DNA of 64,000 nucleotides from Candidatus Latescibacterota bacterium (GTDB taxonomy: Bacteria; Latescibacterota; UBA2968; GCA-2709665). The stretch lies in the NCBI GenBank assembly GCA_965237675.1, contig OZ250150.1, forward strand, positions 1,632,001 to 1,696,000. Reading direction: 5' to 3'. Below the pieces are notes generated by a model that had not been told where the DNA came from, did no database searches, and saw nothing but the letters and a program-made list of their open reading frames with translations. Both the position numbers and the translations under genes were made by a program. This document shows, one piece after another, positions 59,801-64,000 of the stretch (the first letter of the stretch is position 1; every line of letters begins with the position of its first letter).

Positions 59801-62800
59801 ACGTCGAACGAGATCCGATACGCGGCGGCGGGCGAGTCGCTGCCGGAGACGTGGACGGACATCGGGGTTGCGACGAGCTATACGGTGGGGAGTCTGACGG
59901 ACTGCACGGAGTATACGTTCGAGGTACGTGCGATCAACGGCTGCGGCGATGGCGGGTCGGACAGCGTGACGGAGACGCCCGGCAGCGCGCCGGGTGTGGT
60001 GACGGGGCTGGGTGCGAGTGGGGGCGTGGGAGAGGTGACGCTGTCGTGGACGAACCCAAGCGGGACGATCACGAACAATCAGGTTCGTTACGCGAAGGAA
60101 GGCACGGATATTAACACGAAGAGCTGGACGGATATCGGGGTGCTGACGAGCCACACGGTGGGCGGTCTGGACGATTGCGCTGAGTATACGTTCGAGGTGC
60201 GCGCGGTGAATGGGTGCGGCGATGGCGGTTCGGACAGCGTGACGGAGACGCCGACTGCGGGTTCAACCGCCGGTCCGGTGAGCGGCCTGACGGTGGCGGC
60301 GGTGCGCGCCAGCGCGGTGGATCTGTCGTGGACGAATCCGGCTGGCGTCACAAAGGTAGAGATCCGTCACGCGCAAAAGGGCGCGGCGTGGTCGTCCTGG
60401 TCGAACGTAGGTGTGGTGACGAGCTACACGGTATCGGGTGTGGACACTTACTGTAACGGCTATAATTTCGAGGTGCGGGCGTACGTCTGCGGTGGTGACG
60501 GATCGTCCAGCACGATGACGCAGGCGACCGGGTCCGCCCCAGGGCCGGTGCGCAACCTGAGCGCGACGGCGGGAAACCGGAGCGTGACGCTGAACTGGGA
60601 TGCTCCCAATACCGGCGGTACTGTCGGGATATATAAGATCCGGATTGGAGACATCACTAAGACCACCACGGGGACCAGCATTACAGTGTCGAACCTGACC
60701 AACTGCGCGGAGTATACCTTCACGGTGCTTGCCAACAACTGTATAGACGATGGCCCATCCAGAAGCGAGGATGCGACGCCGACTGCGGGTTCAACCGCCG
60801 GTCCGGTGAGCGGCCTGGGGGTGGCGGCGGTGCGCGCCAGCGCGGTGGATCTGTCGTGGACGAATCCGGCTGGCGTCACAAAGGTAGAGATCCGTCACGC
60901 GCAAAAGGGCGCGGCGTGGTCGTCCTGGTCGAACGTAGGTGTGGTGACGAGCTACACGGTATCGGGTGTGGACACTTACTGTAACGGCTATAATTTCGAA
61001 GTGCGGGCGTACGTCTGCGGCGGTGGCGGCGGATCGTCCAGCACGATGACGCAGGCGACCGGGTCCGCCCCAGGGCCGGTGCGCAACCTGAGCGAGACGG
61101 CGGGAAACCGGAGCGTGACGCTGAACTGGGATGCTCCCAATACCGGCGGTACTGTCGGGATATATAAGATCCGGATTGGAGACATCACTAAGACCACCAC
61201 GGGGACCAGCATTACAGTGTCGAACCTGACCAACTGCGCGGAGTATACCTTCACGGTGCTTGCCAACAACTGTATAGACGATGGCCCATCCAGAAGCGAG
61301 GATGCGACGCCGACTGCGGGTTCAACCGCCGGTCCGGTGAGCGGCCTGACGGTGGCGGTGCGCGCCAGCGCGGTGGATCTGTCGTGGACGAATCCGGCTG
61401 GCGTCACAAAGGTAGAGATCCGTCACGCGCAAAAGGGCGCGGCGTGGTCGTCCTGGTCGAACGTAGGTGTGGTGACGAGCTACACGGTATCGGGTGTGGA
61501 CACTTACTGTAACGGCTATAATTTCGAAGTGCGGGCGTACGTCTGCGGCGGTGGCGGCGGATCGTCCAGCACGATGACGCAGGCGACCGGGTCCGCCCCA
61601 GGGCCGGTGCGCAACCTGAGCGAGACGGCGGGAAACCGGAGCGTGACGCTGAACTGGGATGCTCCCAATACCGGCGGTACTGTCGGGATATATAAGATCC
61701 GGATTGGAGACATCACTAAGACCACCACGGGGACCAGCATTACAGTGTCGAACCTGACCAACTGCGCGGAGTATACCTTCACGGTGCTTGCCAACAACTG
61801 TATAGACGATGGTCCATCCAGAAGCGAGGATGCGACGCCGACTGCGGGTTCAACCGCCGGTCCGGTGAGCGGCCTGACGGTGGCGGTGCGCGCCAGCGCG
61901 GTGGATCTGTCGTGGACGAATCCGGCTGGCGTCACAAAGGTAGAGATCCGTCACGCGCAAAAGGGCGCGGCGTGGTCGTCCTGGTCGAACGTAGGTGTGG
62001 TGACGAGCTACACGGTATCGGGCCTGGACACCTACTGTAACGGCTATAATTTCGAGGTGCGGGCGTACGTCTGCGGTGGTGACGGCGGATCGTCCAGCAC
62101 GATGACGCAGGCGACCGGGTCCGCCCCAGGGCCGGTGCGCAACCTGAGCGCGACGGCGGGAAACCGGAGCGTGACGCTGAACTGGGATGCTCCCAATACC
62201 GGCGGTACTGTCGGGATATATAAGATCCGGATTGGAGACATCACTAAGACCACCACGGGGACCAGCATTACAGTGTCGAACCTGACCAACTGCGCGGAGT
62301 ATACCTTCACGGTGCTTGCCAACAACTGTATAGACGATGGCCCATCCAGAAGCGAGGATGCGACGCCGACTGCGGGTTCAACCGCCGGTCCGGTGAGCGG
62401 CCTGACGGTGGCGGCGGTGCGCGCCAGCGCGGTGGATCTGTCGTGGACGAATCCGGCTGGCGTCACAAAGGTAGAGATCCGTCACGCGCAAAAGGGCGCG
62501 GCGTGGTCGTCCTGGTCGAACGTAGGTGTGGTGACGAGCTACACGGTATCGGGCCTGGACACCTACTGTAACGGGTATAATTTCGAGGTGCGGGCGTACG
62601 TTTGCGGTGGCGATGGATCGTCCAGCACGATGACGCAGGCGACCGGGTCCGCGCCCGGGGCCGTGACCAACCTCGGTGCGAGGCGGGAGGGTAGCGGGAA
62701 TATTAGTTTGACATGGACGAATCCAGGCGGCCCGATAACCGAGAGTCAGATCCGTTATGCGAAAACGAGCACGTTACTTCCGACCACTTGGACCGACATA

Positions 62801-63658
62801 GGCGTCAAGACGAGCTACAAGGTGACCGGCCTGACCAATTGTGCCGAGTATACCTTCCAAGTGCGTGCGAAAAACTGCCGCGGTGAGGGCGGCCCCGACA
62901 GCGACACCGAAACGCCAGCGGCATATTTGTCCGTGGCCTCAATATCGAAGGTGGCGGCCTCCAGAAACGAGTTTATTACTGCGATCCAGGTGAGTCCAAG
63001 TGGCGGATGTACACCTTACACGTATAGTCTTTCGGCAAACGCAAGTGCTGCCGGTCTCTCTATTTCGTCTGGTGGGAAGATCAGTGGCGACCCGCCAACG
63101 CTTGGCAGTTGGACGATCACCGTGTCTGTAACCGACGCCAATAGCAGCACGGTCTCCAAGTCATTCAAGATAGTCGTGGCTGAGCCCCTCGTAATTGGTC
63201 CGATCCACGAATTTTCCGGGCAAGTTGGCCTGTATTTTTCAGAAGGTCCTTTGGATGTCTCCGGCGGGCAGACCCCCTATTCTTATTCGCTTTCCGGCGC
63301 GCCAACCGGACTGGAGATTACCAGTTCCGGTGTGATTCAGGGCACGCCGACGGCGGATGGTTATTTCGACGTTACTTTGACCGTGACCGATAATGACGGA
63401 CGCACCGAATCGCACTTGTTTGGAATAGATATCCCGTTGGACGGCGACTTCAACGGCGACGGCACGCGAGACGCTTCCGACGCTGCCCTGTTCAAGAAGA
63501 AATCGGGGCTCAGGTCGTCGGATTCGGGGTTTGACTCCAGAATGGACCTGAACGGCGACGGGACCATCAATTTCGCCGATCTCGTCATTCTGAGCGGCTA
63601 TATTCAACGAGACGCGTCGTCGCAGAGCAATAGTGAATCAGATGATGATTCAGAATGA
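56882..63658 (+). CDS. Giant secreted fibronectin type III repeat protein (~22 FN3, 2 putative-Ig, C-terminal dockerin/EF-hand)
   Basis: Signal peptide; VTLSW...SYTV.GL....YTFEVRA repeats; GGxTPY.YS..GL.IS..G.I.G.P; GDFNGDG..D..D...DLNGDG.INFADL. Confidence 0.92.
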   Translation: MYYAKRNAASGIALFFVTVWLLGSPNQSHGQDIPTPTVTAVAGDGQVTLTWGEVQSTDRVTSWRYGVKEGRNPYDWNEIPGSNRNTTTYTVTGLTNGISYRFKVQARDGTETGASSNTVSATPGQGQEFPTPTLSALAGDEQVTLTWSEAGATDRILSWRYGVKEGRQSYVWNDVPDSDRNTTSYIVTDLTNGTSYRFKVRAQDGNNLGPSSDTAFATPGPPPGDAPGAVTGLGASGGVGEVTLSWTNPSGTVTSNEIRYAAAGESLPETWTDIGVATSYTVGSLTDCTEYTFEVRAENATGAGPSESVTETPGDAPGAVTGLGATAGVGEVALTWTNPSGTVTSNEIRYAAAGESLPETWTDIGVATSYTVGSLTDCTEYTFEVRATNSCDDGGSDSVTETPGDAPGAVTGLGATAGVGEVALTWTNPSGTVTSNEIRYAAAGESLPETWTDIGVATSYTVGSLTDCTEYTFEVRAVNGCGDGGSDSVTETPGDAPGVVAGLGASGGVGEVTLSWTNPSGTVTSNEIRYAAAGESLPETWTDIGVATSYTAGSLTDCTEYTFEVRAINGCGDGGSDSVTETPGSAPGVVAGLGASGGVGEVTLSWTNPSGTVTSNEIRYAAAGESLPETWTDIGVATSYTVGSLTDCTEYTFEVRAINGCGDGGSDSVTETPGSAPGVVAGLGASGGVGEVTLSWTNPGGTVTSNEIRYAAAGESLPETWTDIGVATSYTVGSLTDCTEYTFEVRAINGCGDGGSDSVTETPGSAPGVVAGLGASGGVGEVTLSWTNPGGTVTSNEIRYAAAGESLPETWTDIGVATSYTVGSLTDCTEYTFEVRAINGCGDGGSDSVTETPGSAPGVVAGLGASGGVGEVTLSWTNPGGTVTSNEIRYAAAGESLPETWTDIGVATSYTVGSLTDCTEYTFEVRAINGCGDGGSDSVTETPGSAPGVVAGLGASGGVGEVTLSWTNPGGTVTSNEIRYAAAGESLPETWTDIGVATSYTVGSLTDCTEYTFEVRAINGCGDGGSDSVTETPGSAPGVVTGLGASGGVGEVTLSWTNPSGTITNNQVRYAKEGTDINTKSWTDIGVLTSHTVGGLDDCAEYTFEVRAVNGCGDGGSDSVTETPTAGSTAGPVSGLTVAAVRASAVDLSWTNPAGVTKVEIRHAQKGAAWSSWSNVGVVTSYTVSGVDTYCNGYNFEVRAYVCGGDGSSSTMTQATGSAPGPVRNLSATAGNRSVTLNWDAPNTGGTVGIYKIRIGDITKTTTGTSITVSNLTNCAEYTFTVLANNCIDDGPSRSEDATPTAGSTAGPVSGLGVAAVRASAVDLSWTNPAGVTKVEIRHAQKGAAWSSWSNVGVVTSYTVSGVDTYCNGYNFEVRAYVCGGGGGSSSTMTQATGSAPGPVRNLSETAGNRSVTLNWDAPNTGGTVGIYKIRIGDITKTTTGTSITVSNLTNCAEYTFTVLANNCIDDGPSRSEDATPTAGSTAGPVSGLTVAVRASAVDLSWTNPAGVTKVEIRHAQKGAAWSSWSNVGVVTSYTVSGVDTYCNGYNFEVRAYVCGGGGGSSSTMTQATGSAPGPVRNLSETAGNRSVTLNWDAPNTGGTVGIYKIRIGDITKTTTGTSITVSNLTNCAEYTFTVLANNCIDDGPSRSEDATPTAGSTAGPVSGLTVAVRASAVDLSWTNPAGVTKVEIRHAQKGAAWSSWSNVGVVTSYTVSGLDTYCNGYNFEVRAYVCGGDGGSSSTMTQATGSAPGPVRNLSATAGNRSVTLNWDAPNTGGTVGIYKIRIGDITKTTTGTSITVSNLTNCAEYTFTVLANNCIDDGPSRSEDATPTAGSTAGPVSGLTVAAVRASAVDLSWTNPAGVTKVEIRHAQKGAAWSSWSNVGVVTSYTVSGLDTYCNGYNFEVRAYVCGGDGSSSTMTQATGSAPGAVTNLGARREGSGNISLTWTNPGGPITESQIRYAKTSTLLPTTWTDIGVKTSYKVTGLTNCAEYTFQVRAKNCRGEGGPDSDTETPAAYLSVASISKVAASRNEFITAIQVSPSGGCTPYTYSLSANASAAGLSISSGGKISGDPPTLGSWTITVSVTDANSSTVSKSFKIVVAEPLVIGPIHEFSGQVGLYFSEGPLDVSGGQTPYSYSLSGAPTGLEITSSGVIQGTPTADGYFDVTLTVTDNDGRTESHLFGIDIPLDGDFNGDGTRDASDAALFKKKSGLRSSDSGFDSRMDLNGDGTINFADLVILSGYIQRDASSQSNSESDDDSE
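57551..60250 (+). repeat. Ten tandem 270-bp intragenic repeats (one FN3 each)
   Basis: Units start at 57551, 57821, ... 59981; units 6-9 appear identical. Confidence 0.95.
60251..62650 (+). repeat. ~4.5 tandem 528-531-bp intragenic repeats (two FN3 each)
   Basis: CCGACTGCGGGTTCAACC at 60251, 60779, 61310, 61838 and 62366. Confidence 0.95.
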
Positions 63659-63832
63659 AGGACTGCACCGCAGGGTTTAATCGCGGCGACTATTCCACCT
63701 TGATTCGATGCGCTCGCGCGAGCCTTTTTCATCGCCGGTTCCATTTGCATTCACGGCGATGTTCGCTCGGATTCAACTGTTCGCAACACTCACGACGTCA
63801 CCGCAACGGCGACATCAAACCGGGAGGCAGCT

Positions 63833-64000
63833 ATGTGGAACCGTATTTTTTCAACCATCTGTTCAGCGTTTGTGTTGACTGGTCCGGCATTGGCGGGAGA
63901 GATGACCACGGGCCTTGACATTGGCGGAGGCCGCAACGCGTCTGCAAAACTGACGCTGGTTCGGGTGAATGATCCTGCCGCCGATAACGAAACTCTGAAG
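63833..64000 (+). CDS. Secreted protein, 5' part only
   Basis: GGGAGG RBS; MWNRIFSTICSAFVLTGPALA-GEMTT... open to the window end. Confidence 0.7.
   Translation, partial: MWNRIFSTICSAFVLTGPALAGEMTTGLDIGGGRNASAKLTLVRVNDPAADNETLK

Noticed and set aside
57350-60154. 934-aa antisense ORF and 562-aa alternate-frame ORF
   Set aside because: By-products of stop-free tandem 270-bp repeats in the FN3 gene; Arg/His-rich with no motifs.
57551-62650. Regular repeats as a CRISPR array
   Set aside because: Units are 270/528 bp, in frame and coding, with no unique spacers and no cas genes.

Overview
GC-rich Gram-negative bacterial chromosome segment. The sulfatase, PhyH dioxygenase, heparinase-like lyase, ankyrin and giant FN3/dockerin content resembles uncultured Latescibacterota/Gemmatimonadota-type marine or sponge bacteria, which is an inference only. 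1-15 kb holds housekeeping and catabolic genes (ybdK, M20 deacylase, pyrE, sulfatase, pepA, three paralogous small beta-barrels, epmA, modBC). 15.9-28.1 kb is an almost entirely minus-strand array of small accessory genes separated by degenerate attC-like sites, with no integrase in the window. It carries two apparently complete TA pairs, five orphan antitoxin-like genes and an AT-richer ABC-ATPase + TOPRIM (PARIS-like) operon with an unknown third gene. 28-33 kb is a hybrid histidine kinase operon headed by a receiver-domain/glutamate dehydrogenase fusion. 33-56 kb is a minus-strand run of hydrolases, oxidoreductases and acetyltransferases, interrupted by a REP-flanked RAYT and a UDG-fold gene. 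57-64 kb encodes a 2258-aa secreted FN3 tandem-repeat protein. Intergenic DNA carries a TA-bounded MITE and a ~20-25 bp palindromic micro-element that inserts into the MITE, into attC-like sites and recursively into itself (up to 4 levels). No rRNA, tRNA or CRISPR array was seen.
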